Assembly (NCBI RefSeq): GCF_001194135.2
Contig: NC_068995.1
Location: 45,612,335-45,670,039 of the forward strand
Direction of reading: 5' to 3'
Source: Octopus bimaculoides
Taxonomy: Eukaryota
DNA: 57,705 nt
The notes beneath the pieces are model-generated. The model did not search any database. It saw only the letters and a program-made list of their open reading frames with translations, and was not told the DNA's origin. The position numbers and the translations under genes were made by a program. Each line of letters starts with the position of its first letter. Within the stretch, counting starts at the first letter, position 1. This document shows positions 25,400-37,480 of the stretch, in pieces.

Positions 25400-25627
25400 A
25401 CCTCTAGCAGAAACCCATTCTGGCACGAGTATTTCACATCAAGAATCTGTTCTGGTAACACATGCCTTCTTTCCTTCACTCCCTCATCCTAATCAATCAC
25501 AGAAGACTCTGAAAATATTATCCATGGAAAATACGAGACAGTACAAAATCGTGGTTGACTAATCACGGGGTGGAGGGTAAAAAAAAAAGGATCACAAACA
25601 GGTTTTTTTTTTTTTTTTGCACTTTGT

Positions 25628-25935
25628 CAGTCATGACAGTCAGTGTTCCAGTTAATCTGAACAAGGGAATAGCCTGCTCATGAAATTAACATGCAAGTGG
25701 CTGAGCACTCCACAGACACGTGTACCCTTAACATAGTTCTCAGGGATATTCAGTTGTGATACAGAATGTGACAAGGTTGGCCCTTTGAATTACAGGTACT
25801 ACTCGTTTTTGCCAGCTAGAGTGGACCAGAGCAATGTGGAATAAAGCATCTTAATCAAAGGCACAAGGCACTGCTAGGAATCAAACTCACAAGCTTGTGA
25901 TTGTGAGTTGAGTATTCTAACCACTGAGCCACCCA
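25628..25935 (-). mobile_element. SINE family E
   Basis: Inverted homolog of 13919-14245. Confidence 0.8.
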
Positions 25936-25999
25936 CTTTCATGGTCTCAAACCTAATATCAACAAGGCTTGAACTCCTAGTTGTAAGAGCACTCCTTAA

Positions 26000-26211
26000 T
26001 CTTTTAGCATGCAGATTACTCAGTCAAATGTAATGCTTATTTATTCACATTTGATATGAATTTGTCCTGCATTACCTTGTAGCTTTGAGATTTCAGCAAC
26101 ATGATTTTTAGAATGATATTGTAGGGTAAGTGTGAGAGGCCAGATCTGGCCTGTTTGGGGATAAAATATAGAATATTTTGATTGGATATGGCCAGTTTAA
26201 ATGCTAAGGGG
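26000..26211. mobile_element. piggyBac-type MITE copy
   Basis: TTAA-flanked; right end ATGCTAAGGGG-TTAA; internal match to 5119-5338. Confidence 0.75.
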
Positions 26212-26802
26212 TTAAATTACACCAAACTTGGCATCATATCGTCATGTGTTAGACGATTGAATGTGGAGTGTGTGTTTGTATGTGAATGTTCAGAGGGGTT
26301 AATAGAGAAAGAGAGAGGGTGTAAGAGAGAGATAGTGTGAGGAAGATCTTCATGGATGGAGTAAAAATTGTAGCGAGAGAGATAGAGGAGAGATGAGTGG
26401 GGGAGGGGAGCAGCCTGCTGACCAAATGTAAACAGTAGACAGACATATCACACATGTGAGTGAACACACACACACACATACACGTGAACACACACATACA
26501 CACATAGATGTGTGACCACCTACACAGCAGAACAAAAACATGTGACCATCAACCACAGACAGAAGGGAGAAAATCACAATGTTATATTGTTTGTTTGTTT
26601 GTTAGTTTGTCACTCATGTTTTTATGGTATGTCATCTGTAATCTCATTTTTGATATCTGTTACACATTAAACATTCTTAAAATATTTGGAGGGTTGAGGG
26701 GTAGGGAAGGTTAAAAATAGCATTGGTCCCTGCAACACCCTACACCTGCCCCTAACATACCCTAATCAACACTTTTTTTTTTTTTTTTTAAACCTTCTAA
26801 AT

Positions 26803-27024
26803 CAGTAGTTCTCAACGTTTTTAATATCCAGACCAGATCCCAACCTAGATTTGTTTTTAGGGGGCCACTCCAACAAAAGTAAAACACAACTAAATGGAAG
26901 AAAATTTAATTTTATTACATTTATAGAGAGAAGACTGTCGGGAGGCGTGGGGTGGGGGTGGGGGTTTGCGAAAGGATGGTCAAGGATCACATGCGGCCCT
27001 GTGAGCCACGGTTGAGAACCGCTG
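26803..27024. mobile_element. hAT MITE (222 bp)
   Basis: TIR CAGTAGTTCTCAAC/GTTGAGAACCGCTG; perfect 8-bp TSD TTCTAAAT (26795-26802, 27025-27032). Confidence 0.9.
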
Positions 27025-28991
27025 TTCTAAATTTTGCTTCAGAATTTTGGGTTNNNNNNNNNNNNNNNNNNNNNNNNNNNNNNNNNNNNNNNNNNNNNNN
27101 NNNNNNNNNNNNNNNNNNNNNNNNNNNNNNNNNNNNNNNNNNNNNNNNNNNNNNNNNNNNNNNNNNNNNNNNNNNNNNNNNNNNNNNNNNNNNNNNNNNN
27201 NNNNNNNNNNNNNNNNNNNNNNNNNNNNNNNNNNNNNNNNNNNNNNNNNNNNNNNNNNNNNNNNNNNNNNNNNNNNNNNNNNNNNNNNNNNNNNNNNNNN
27301 NNNNNNNNNNNNNNNNNNNNNNNNNNNNNNNNNNNNNNNNNNNNNNNNNNNNNNNNNNNNNNNNNNNNNNNNNNNNNNNNNNNNNNNNNNNNNNNNNNNN
27401 NNNNNNNNNNNNNNNNNNNNNNNNNNNNNNNNNNNNNNNNNNNNNNNNNNNNNNNNNNNNNNNNNNNNNNNNNNNNNNNNNNNNNNNNNNNNNNNNNNNN
27501 NNNNNNNNNNNNNNNNNNNNNNNNNNNNNNNNNNNNNNNNNNNNNNNNNNNNNNNNNNNNNNNNNNNNNNNNNNNNNNNNNNNNNNNNNNNNNNNNNNNN
27601 NNNNNNNNNNNNNNNNNNNNNNNNNNNNNNNNNNNNNNNNNNNNNNNNNNNNNNNNNNNNNNNNNNNNNNNNNNNNNNNNNNNNNNNNNNNNNNNNNNNN
27701 NNNNNNNNNNNNNNNNNNNNNNNNNNNNNNNNNNNNNNNNNNNNNNNNNNNNNNNNNNNNNNNNNNNNNNNNNNNNNNNNNNNNNNNNNNNNNNNNNNNN
27801 NNNNNNNNNNNNNNNNNNNNNNNNNNNNNNNNNNNNNNNNNNNCTCTGTTCCATCCTCAGAAATCTGTGCACTTGCGACATTGTGTCGTCCTTGGCTCAA
27901 TGCACAATGTGGCTCTGTGGTAAGAAGCTTGCTTCCCAACCACATGGTTCCAGGTTCAGTTCCATTGTGTGACACCTTGGGCAACTGTCTTCTACTATAG
28001 CCTCGGGTCTACTAAAGCATTGTGAATGGATTTGGTTGACGAAAACAGAAAGAAGCCCATCATGTGTGTGTGTGTGTGTTAGTCCCCCACTACCACTTGA
28101 CAACCGGTGTTGGTGTGTTTACATCCCTGTAACCTAGCAGTTTGGCAAACAAGACTAACAGTTGATTCATTCGACTAAAAATTCATCAAGGCAGTGCTCC
28201 AGCATGGCCATAGTGAAACTAATAAAGTTGAGTGAAACAGATAAAAGATAAAAGCTTACTATATATTCTGTGGATATTTTGCATCGTTTAGGTGGCACTC
28301 CTGTTATGAACTAACATTAAATTGTCAGAAATGGCCAGATTTTTATTATTATTCAATTACAAAGAGAATTGCTTTGAAAGCATTCGTTGTAGAACTGAAC
28401 ATAAAGCTACTTTTAGATGCTTAAGAAAAGTGTCCTGTCTTACTGTGATTTATAGCAAATTGCCTCTCATTTAGGGTAATTTTGATGATGTTTACAACTA
28501 CAGACGTAAAAGTTGAAGGTTTTTGGAATAATGATGAAGGACCCTACATGAATTATCATATCTCTCCTCTTCCTCACAGCAAAAAAAAAAAAAANNNNNN
28601 NNNNNNNNNNNNNNNNNNNNNNNNNNNNNNNNNNNNNNNNNNNNNNNNNNNNNNNNNNNNNNNNNNNNNNNNNNNNNNNNNNNNNNNNNNNNNNNNNNNN
28701 NNNNNNNNNNNNNNNNNNNNNNNNNNNNNNNNNNNNNNNNNNNNNNNNNNNNNNNNNNNNNNNNNNNNNNNNNNNNNNNNNNNNNNNNNNNNNNNNNNNN
28801 NNNNNNNNNNNNNNNNNNNNNNNNNNNNNNNNNNNNNNNNNNNNNNNNNNNNNNNNNNNNNNNNNNNNNNNNNNNNNNNNNNNNNNNNNNNNNNNNNNNN
28901 NNNNNNNNNNNNNNNNNNNNNNNNNNNNNNNNNNNNNNNNNNNNNNNNNNNNNNNNNNNNNNNNNNNNNNNNNNNNNNNNNNNNNNNNNNN

Positions 28992-29022
<31 letters not shown>

Positions 29023-32000
29023 ACATATGACAAGTTTCTTTCAGTTTCCAGCTACCAAATCCACTCACAAGACTTTGGACAGCCCAGAGCTGTAGTAGAA
29101 GACATTTGCCCAGTGTGCCATGCAATGGGCTGAACCCAGAACCATGTGATTGGGAAGTTGTTATCTTAAATAAAATTTTATTTAAAATCCTAACAATAAA
29201 AGATATTCTCCCATTAGACTGTCCTTGTTGTAGAGTCCTTGTTGTAGAGTGTATTCTGACCACAATCTTTTCTGTTTAGTGGAAAAGAGCCCATGCTGGA
29301 ATACTTACCCTGTCTACCATGTCCACTCACAAAGCTTTAGTCTACCCAGAGCCATAGAAGACACTAGCTCAATATTTCATGCGATGGGACTGAACCCAGG
29401 ACCATGTGGTTGGGAAGCAAACTTCTTACCACACAGCTACAAAAGTAAGAGTATGGTAGACTGCATGTTAGCCACAACAATAATAATGGAATTCAGAATG
29501 TAAATAAGCAAAAAAGCAAAGCTGAATGTGTATCCCCTGTGTTTATAGTATTGGATTATTGAAGGATATATTAGTATGTTTGAGGTAAATAGTCAACCAC
29601 ATCAAATGAGTACCTGGAACTAAATTATTCTGAGCTAGAATTCCATGTACTAACATTAAAAATGTGGGGTGGGGGTCTTGAAAAAAGTGTGAGTTAAAGA
29701 AAGAGGTGATTGTTAAAAAAAATGTCTGAGAAACACTGGTCTGGATGGTATTTATCAGTGGGCCGATCCATAAATCTTTGAAAATAGGCAACACCATGAG
29801 CAATACCAAACAGATGTGAACGGAATTACCAAAGTCCTCCGTGAACCTTAAAAACCAATATAAAGATATTCTATGGGTTTGATTATCAGATACCAAGTTA
29901 TTTTTCGGTCTAGGGTAGAAATGACACAGCATGTGGCTGGGTTGTTTATAATTTATCAATCCTTGGCTTTGGGTAGGCATCATGTGAAGTATACAGATTA
30001 ACAGTTTAGCTGTAATCCATTACCGATTACCTTTAACTACAGTGTGGGTGCCATGTAAAAAGCACCCAGTGTACTCTCTAAAGTTTTTGACATAAGGAAG
30101 GGCATTCAGCTGTAGAGACTATGCCAAAACAGATGATGGAGCCTGGTGCTGTTCCTGACCTTACCATCCAACCCATGGCAGCATAGAAAATGGACATTAA
30201 ATGATGGTGATGATGATGCACCAGTGAATGCCACGAGGAGGATTTATTTTGAATTCTTACAAAGAAATTATTTCTGTCTACAGAACCTTTGACTTTATGT
30301 ATCAGAAACTTTGGCATTGAAGCTAATGAATTCAGTAGCAGAAAGGCAGAATTTATGAACGTTGCAGTTCTTCATTTGAACAATTGGAATTCAGCAAAGA
30401 TGTGCCAAGTTATGAAATCCCAACTGATATTAACAGATTCTTCTTCACAGTTGGTGAACCATTCACTATATTTGTTCCTGAAGCAGTTGTCAAACCACAA
30501 CCTTCATCATCAGAATCTAGAATATCATTCAAGGCTTGAGGGACGGATCCTTCATTCTGTTCACAATCATCAATATTTGTGTCATTTATTTAATCTGTAT
30601 TAGTTGGTGTATCCTTGTTAAACATAAATATAGCTTTTTATGGTTCATCATTTCTTCTGTGTCAATACCAAACTGCTGTTGCTCAATGTTATTGGCTTCG
30701 TATTTGTTTGCCAATCGAAACAGATGGACAAAGAAATCTTCCAATATAAAGGAATGCCAGATAATTCAAAAGCACGAAACTCAAAGACTCAAATATGCAT
30801 TAAGAGAACTTGGTGAATATGCTTGAAACTGTCCTATGCAAGTCATTATCATAAAATTCACAGACATTATCAGATACCAATGTTTGTGAAACACCATTTC
30901 CAGAAAAGACAGTTCTTTATAATTACTTTACTGTTTCTACTTCTTATCCCTTCCACTGCATGTTACCATTTCAACAGTAAGTAGATTAGATGTCCAGATC
31001 TTGTCTTTTGTCTGACCATTTGAGTAGCAGATAAATTGGTGTTTATTAACTCACTCATTTGTATTAAAATTAGCCAAAATCAGGAACTTTGGTAATCTCA
31101 ATATAACTGTCTGCTATTGGATACAAGTACTGCTGCATCCTCCAACATGCAGAAATACTTTGTTTTGGCAGTAACATTTTCTGACCGTTTCTCATGAACT
31201 CTTATTCACATTGTCCTTGTACCTAACAGCTGTCATTCACAGTTTCCTATCTCTTTAATGAGAATATCTCTTTAGCTGACCTCTCATAATACATTTTAGC
31301 CTAACCATAACTTGCTGCTGTTGTCTGTGCCCTCATATAAACCAGTTCAACTGGAGATTACTGGCAAAGCAGTTGTGGTTCTTCTACTAAACTACAGGAA
31401 AAGGTATATGTTCCAACCAAGATATTTAGTCTAACGAGTCAAGATTTGGCCCATCTGCTTTAATTAGCAGTGATTTCAAAATTACAATAGCTTTCTCTGT
31501 CATACAGTTAGATTGTGGGTTTGTGGAGCTGGGAGTTCTGGACTCAAAATGCCAGAATTCAAGAATTCTTCAACCAAATAACTCCAAAATTATACTCTTA
31601 TTATCTGTCATCCATTTCTCATAAATTTACGTTCATATTGGTTTTAAACTTTGGGATCTTTTTGTGTCTGGTAGTTTATTATATTCACTAAATCCATTGT
31701 TGAAGTCAGCAGCCAGGAGTTATTGTACTACAATAAATCTATCCCAAATAGTTGACCTTGTTAACTGATAGTAATTCAATTGTCTTTCTTTTTCCCCTTT
31801 CTCCTTCCGTAGGAGGCTTGCCACTGTTTAAGATTTCCGCAAACAATGATGCATCCATTTTGTCTGTGGATAATTATATTGTTTGGTTTTTCTTTTTTTT
31901 TTTATATATATATATTTTTTTGTTGAAGTACTTCTTGTAGACTTCCATACTTTCTGAAAACAGTCTGTGTTGCTACATTTATAGCAAGACCAAACCAAAC

Positions 32001-32309
32001 CAAATCGCAAATTTATAACTGACATCAAACAACTTTATATAGTTATGGCTCTCTGCCAGTTTTGTTTAAAATGTTTGTGAGTGCCGACATAGGGAACAAT
32101 ATGTGGAGTGTTTGCCAGTACTTAAGTCTCACCTGACTTCCGCAACTCTTCAGACAATGGCAACATTTTAAGCAGGTCAAGAGGATTGGTTTACTCCAGT
32201 TTATATAGATTGATGTCATCTCGATCAGCAACCAGTGGATGCAAAACCAATCTGTCATCCAAATAGCAGAACTCCTAAATACATACTTGTTTTGTCAGTT
32301 CCATTAGAT

Positions 32310-32495
32310 CATTGTCATCATTTAAAGTCCGTTTTCCAAGCTGGTGTGGGTTGGACAGTTTGACAGGTGCCGGCAAGATCAGAGGCCTCACCAGGTTCCA
32401 TAGTTTGTTTTTGGTTTGGTTTCTATGGCAGGATTCTCTTCCTCATACCAACCACTTTACTGAATGCACTGGATATTTCTTGCATCACCATCACC
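32310..32495 (-). mobile_element. SINE family C (V-like) 3' part, inserted in the decayed coding block
   Basis: Reverse complement of tail CCAACCCACACCAGCTTGGAAAACGGACTTTAAATGATGAC. Confidence 0.75.
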
Positions 32496-32596
32496 AGTGC
32501 TTAAATATTTCTAACATTTTTTTGGTGGTGAAGAGTTTAATTCTAGGTACACCGTCCACCTATAGGTTTTAACTATGGACTTTCACCAATGTTTGT

Positions 32597-32827
32597 TATT
32601 TCTTTATTGCCCACAAGGGGCTACACACAGAGGGGACAAACGAGGACAGACAAACGGATTAAGTCGATTATATCGACCCGAGTGCGTAACTGGTACTTAT
32701 TTAATCGACTCCGAAAGGATGAAAGGCAAAGTCGACCTCGGCGGAATTTGAACTCAGAACGTAGCGGCAGACGAAATACCGCTAAGCATTTCGCCCGGCG
32801 TGCTAACGTTTCTGCCAGCTCACCGCC
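32597..32827 (-). mobile_element. SINE family B, full length, with 16-bp TSD
   Basis: TSD TTTCACCAATGTTTGT at 32581-32596 and 32828-32843; intact head GGCGGTGAGCTGGCAG and tail AATAAAGAAATA. Confidence 0.95.
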
Positions 32828-35055
32828 TTTCACCAATGTTTGTAATTGATAAACATAGCTATACATCATTCACCTGAGTAGTAGTAGTAATGAAGTTTTG
32901 ACTTCTTCAAGGGATTCTTTCTTTTCAGCAGGACCCCAGAAACTGTAAAAACTCCTTTGATCAGACACCACTCATCAGGTACGTTAAAAGCAAATATAAC
33001 CTTAAGATCTCAGAATTAATATTCAGCCATTTGATAAAAAGTTTTAAGACAATAAACTCACTCAGTTACTTATTAGAAACAACTCCCTATCAACTATTCT
33101 ACTAGCCAACAAAATAGGAACGGCAAAGCCCCACAAAGTACGTAACATACTTTTATATGGTTAATATTCCAGTCATCTGACCCCATGTTTACAACTCGGT
33201 ATTGCCATTCACAAACATTATCCAGCAACATACTTAGAAGTGTTCTCTAAAATGATGACAGCAAACAAATGGAGCAGAAGAACACAATTACTGAGTCAGG
33301 GCTGAGATTATGGGATGCAGTTTTGGTGTATGTTCTCAAGACATTAAACAAATTTTAGAATCTTCTAGTATAATAATACTCTTGTGTATTTCTCTGTCGC
33401 AACGTATGAACGAGAAAGGAAGGGATGATGGCAAACTTGGTTGTAGGGTGGTGAACATTCAATGCTGAAAAGAAAAATCAAACAGCGTTTCAACTCTATG
33501 TAAGTGTATGTGTGTGCATGTACAAAGGAATTATGTGAATGTATGTGTGAACCAGCGTTCTTTCAGTAACAAACGATGAACGATGTCACATCACAAGAGA
33601 CAACCACTAGATAACATTGACAAGTGTATTAATTTGATTTACCATCCATATTTATATATAAAATACTACAATTAGACGTCATTTTTGACAGTACAGGCCC
33701 AGCTAGTAACCATTATATTTTCTGTGGACAGGCACTGTTTCTCACTAGGCTACTATTGTCCATATTTTCAAATCTGCTGTACCTTTTGGATATCGTACAA
33801 CTTTTGGCCTATTATTAAGATGAACATAATTCTCGATATAACATTTTAATCAATTTGAAACGATGTATAATTTGTCGGCAGCCTTAAGATTCTGCGGTAC
33901 CAAAAGATGTAAGGGAGATGACTGCTTCTATTCCTTCACGTGTGACTTGGGTACATTTTAAGATTATTTTCATTGGTAAATTCATCTTTGGCTCATTAAA
34001 ACCCTAACACATCGTTTGTACCAACAATAACTTGAATAAATTTATAAAGATTGCACCTGCCTCCCAACAGTTTAGTAAACTGCATGTGGTCTTTTGCCAA
34101 TTTGATTAAATAATAGACCAATTTTGCTGTAGCATTCTATGTTTAAGGGATATTGGTATATCATGGACCAGATCATGTCTTTAACAAGGAATTGAGTAAA
34201 TGTGAAGCGCAATAAAACAGTTGAGTTTTTAAAGAAATCTACTCCATTTTGTTTCATCAGATCTCCAAGTAGCAACCAAAACATAAACTTGCCATGGTGA
34301 ATTAATTACCTGGGCTGATGCATACTTCTCTTAAAGGTTTTGAAATTTCAGGGTCTGTAAATTCTACACCTTCTTCCCTGTACTGATGAGGTTTATCAAA
34401 ACAGATTTGCTGCTGGAAATGGGAATTTGGAAAAGTTTGGCAGATTTCCTGGTCATTTGCTGTATAAAAGACCCGTTTGTAACCTCAGTATGAAATAATT
34501 TTTTCTCCATTGGTTTCTTCAAGTGCATTCAACATATCTCATCTCCAAAGATTTGGCTGCTCTTTCTAGCATGCCCTACTACCACATAACAGCTTTTTGC
34601 AATAAAGGACCCAAAATACCTGTTATGTGGTAGCATGGCGTGCAAGAAATAGCAGCTAAATCTTTCTTTTTCTGGGGAAAGGAGCCATTTACATGTGATG
34701 ACCCAGAGGGTCACGGGTAGTCTAGTATAATTCTAAACTTAAATATTTTAACATTAAATTCTTTTTTTATAAGGTTAGAAAAAAAACTAATCGACTACAA
34801 AGGAAAGAAAACAGCAAAATACAATGGAATATCAAATGTTTGTTTTGTCGTGATATGTCACGCTGTCACTAATGCTTGTGCTTACAAAGAATAAAATTCC
34901 CAACAGTCATTTTATTGTACTGTGCACCAATGTCCTTGTTCATCTCTATTGTCATGGTAACAAATTGTTTGAGGTCAGATGTATATTCTGTAGTCACTGG
35001 ACATTCTTTTTTTAGATATTAACTGTGGATACTCTCTCTCTACCTCTCTCACTCT

Positions 35056-35088
<33 letters not shown>

Positions 35089-35607
35089 AACAAAATTAAG
35101 GGATCAGCAACAGGTTGCTTCACCACATACCGAAGTTCAGAAATAGCAGCTAAAAATGCTGAAGCTCCAACAGATAGCAGTTACCCGTAACTCACATAGG
35201 CAAAACAAGAAGAAAAAATAACGAACTAAACTAGCCATAGTTAATCATAAACATGTTTCTGGTTTAGAAGGAAAAACTCTTCATTACCTCATCAGTATGA
35301 TATTCTTGTTGNNNNNNNNNNNNNNNNNNNNNNNNNNNNNNNNNNNNNNNNNNNNNNNNNNNNNNNNNNNNNNNNNNNNNNNNNNNNNNNNNNNNNNNNN
35401 NNNNNNNNNNNNNNNNNNNNNNNNNNNNNNNNNNNNNNNNNNNNNNNNNNNNNNNNNNNNNNNNNNNNNNNNNNNNNNNNNNNNNNNNNNNNTTTAAATA
35501 AGTTCCACACCGATAATGGTGCTTACATACCGAAGGGCTTGGTAAAAAATATTAATTATTAATTTATTAATAAATTGATAATCCTTTACCCTTTTAATTG
35601 TAATAAT

Positions 35608-35640
<33 letters not shown>

Positions 35641-35737
35641 ATTTTACAGGAAGGACAACAAAAGAAAGAAAGAGACCTCGATATTATGCAAATAGAAGAA
35701 ATTATCTGTAAAAATGTGACACTTATTCAGTAGCCAT

Positions 35738-35798
35738 GATAAAACTCCGAGTTTCGGATGCCAGGGTGGGAACCCACACCAACATCTCTTCAGTTATC
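35738..35798 (-). ncRNA. Minimal type I hammerhead ribozyme motif (Penelope-like element type)
   Basis: GATAA-CTGAAGA-GATG...CATCC-GAAA-CTC-G-GAG-T-T-TTATC: stem I 5 bp, core intact, palindromic stem III; stem II appears to lack one G. Confidence 0.75.
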
Positions 35799-35812
35799 CG
35801 GCCATTTGAAAA

Positions 35813-35855
35813 TTCCTGTGAAAACGGAAACTGAAAGAAGCCTGTCGTATATATG

Positions 35856-35892
<37 letters not shown>

Positions 35893-36085
35893 ATGTGTTT
35901 GTCCCCCCAACATCACTTGACAACCAATGCTGGTGTGTTTACATCCGCTTAACTTAGCGATTTGGCAAAATAGACCGATAAAATAAGCACTAGGCTTGCA
36001 AAGAATAAGTCCTGGGGTCGATTTGCTCGACTAAAGGTGGTGTTCCAGCATGGCCGCGGTCAAATGACTGAAACATGTAAAAGAG
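35813..36085 (+). mobile_element. SINE family A, 3' two-thirds
   Basis: GGAAACTGAAAGAAGCC...GACTGAAACATGTAAAAGAG. Confidence 0.85.
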
Positions 36086-36322
36086 AGAGATAGATAGATA
36101 TGTATGTATGTATATAAGTGGGAAGACAGAGAGATATACAGGCTAGATATTTCAGCTGCCAGAGTACTACAAGATAGAGAGCAATTTCGTTTCTACTTGT
36201 TGTAACTCACTTTTCTGTTCAATATCCTCCAGAGACAGCTTTACACTTCATATATTTTATTGCAAGACAATAAAATATTATCACTGCTTTAATTAGTTGA
36301 CAAAATTCTTTGTACATTATTA

Positions 36323-36406
36323 ACATTCGACGGATATTTGTCCTCATCTTGTTTGTTGTTAACACAATATTTCAGCTAATATATCCTCCAGCCTTCATCA
36401 GATGTC
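36323..36406 (-). ncRNA. Degenerate hammerhead ribozyme motif (second Penelope-type repeat)
   Basis: GACAT-CTGATGA-AGGCTGG...TTAGCT-GAAA-TA...CGTC-GAATGT; stem III CG appears mutated to TA. Confidence 0.5.
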
Positions 36407-37116
36407 TTGGGGAAAAGTTTGCCACATGACTGGTATCACACTAGTTTCCTACCAGCAAATGTGACTTATTCAAACAGAAAACCGCTTAGAAGAGAGCCAT
36501 GTATTGTTAAGAGTACAAAATTATAAATTAGTCAAGGTGACATAACTCTTTTTCAGGATCCATAACTCCTTACCAAGGGAGACAACTACAGCTGTCACCT
36601 ATATTTTGCCACACAAGCAGTTACAATGATGCGATGTTTAAAAATGTTGCTAAGTTGAGATTATTCAAGGAACTTGTCGACAAATATTCTTGCAAGGATA
36701 TTCAAAATCTAAAAGCAGCAATAATTCCCCCACCTCAGTAACATCACGGAGTCGAAATCTGAGCGCTTTTAATCATACATTTATCTCCTTGTTCGGGACT
36801 ACCCTGCAACTAAACAACAACAGTTGAAAATTTAAAACAATTAATAAATTTATTTGATTTGAAATATATATATTTTTTTACAATGTCCGAATATGTAGAG
36901 ACAGTCCAGGACAAAAATATAGAGTATTTAAGTTTCTTCAGCTTCCCTCGCCTCTCTTTGTTTCATCTTCATCACAACCATTTCTCTTAGATTCATTTCT
37001 TCGTCTTTCAAAGAATTCTCAAGATATGTCATTTTATCCTGCCGCAGATAAGGAGGAAAAAAAGAAAACAAAAAAGAAAACGTTTAGATCCGAAGGAAAA
37101 TTACATACACGCGCCC

Positions 37117-37147
<31 letters not shown>

Positions 37148-37434
37148 TATATACACACGAACTTATATTCTTGAGCCGAACACCCTAACCACTAAGCCAC
37201 GTGCTTTTTCTTTGTCTGCTAATTTTCTTATTAACAATAGAATTAAAGAGACACTGAAATACATCGTTGTTAATTCCAGGTCAGCTTCGATCCTGGATAT
37301 ATCTTTCTTAGTTCAAAGCGTTCCAGACTCGACCATCTTTTGCTATTTTCAAGCAATGTATCCACAACTACATCATCCAAAGTGCTCTTCCATTNNNNNN
37401 NNNNNNNNNNNNNNNNNNNNNNNNNNNNNNNNNN

Positions 37435-37480
<46 letters not shown>

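Larger units (their letters stand above)
30240..34720 (-). pseudogene. Decayed intronless coding-like block; tentatively an endogenous viral element from a segmented negative-strand RNA virus L (RdRp) gene
   Basis: Long stop- and frameshift-interrupted minus-strand frames with protein-like composition; candidate motifs F (FDKPHQ..LREVCI, 34403-34315), A (NATAK-W with +1 frameshift, 34136-34118) and C (VVNMGSDDW, GSDD at 33183-33172) in order. Boundaries approximate; identity by eye only. Confidence 0.5.

Noticed and set aside
32050-32280. Mononegavirus-like capping-domain echoes (YLDDRLVLHP, LRKSG..TPH, PYVG) in the decayed block
   Set aside because: Spacing is far shorter than in mononegaviral L and conflicts with the SDD-type motif C; treated as over-reading
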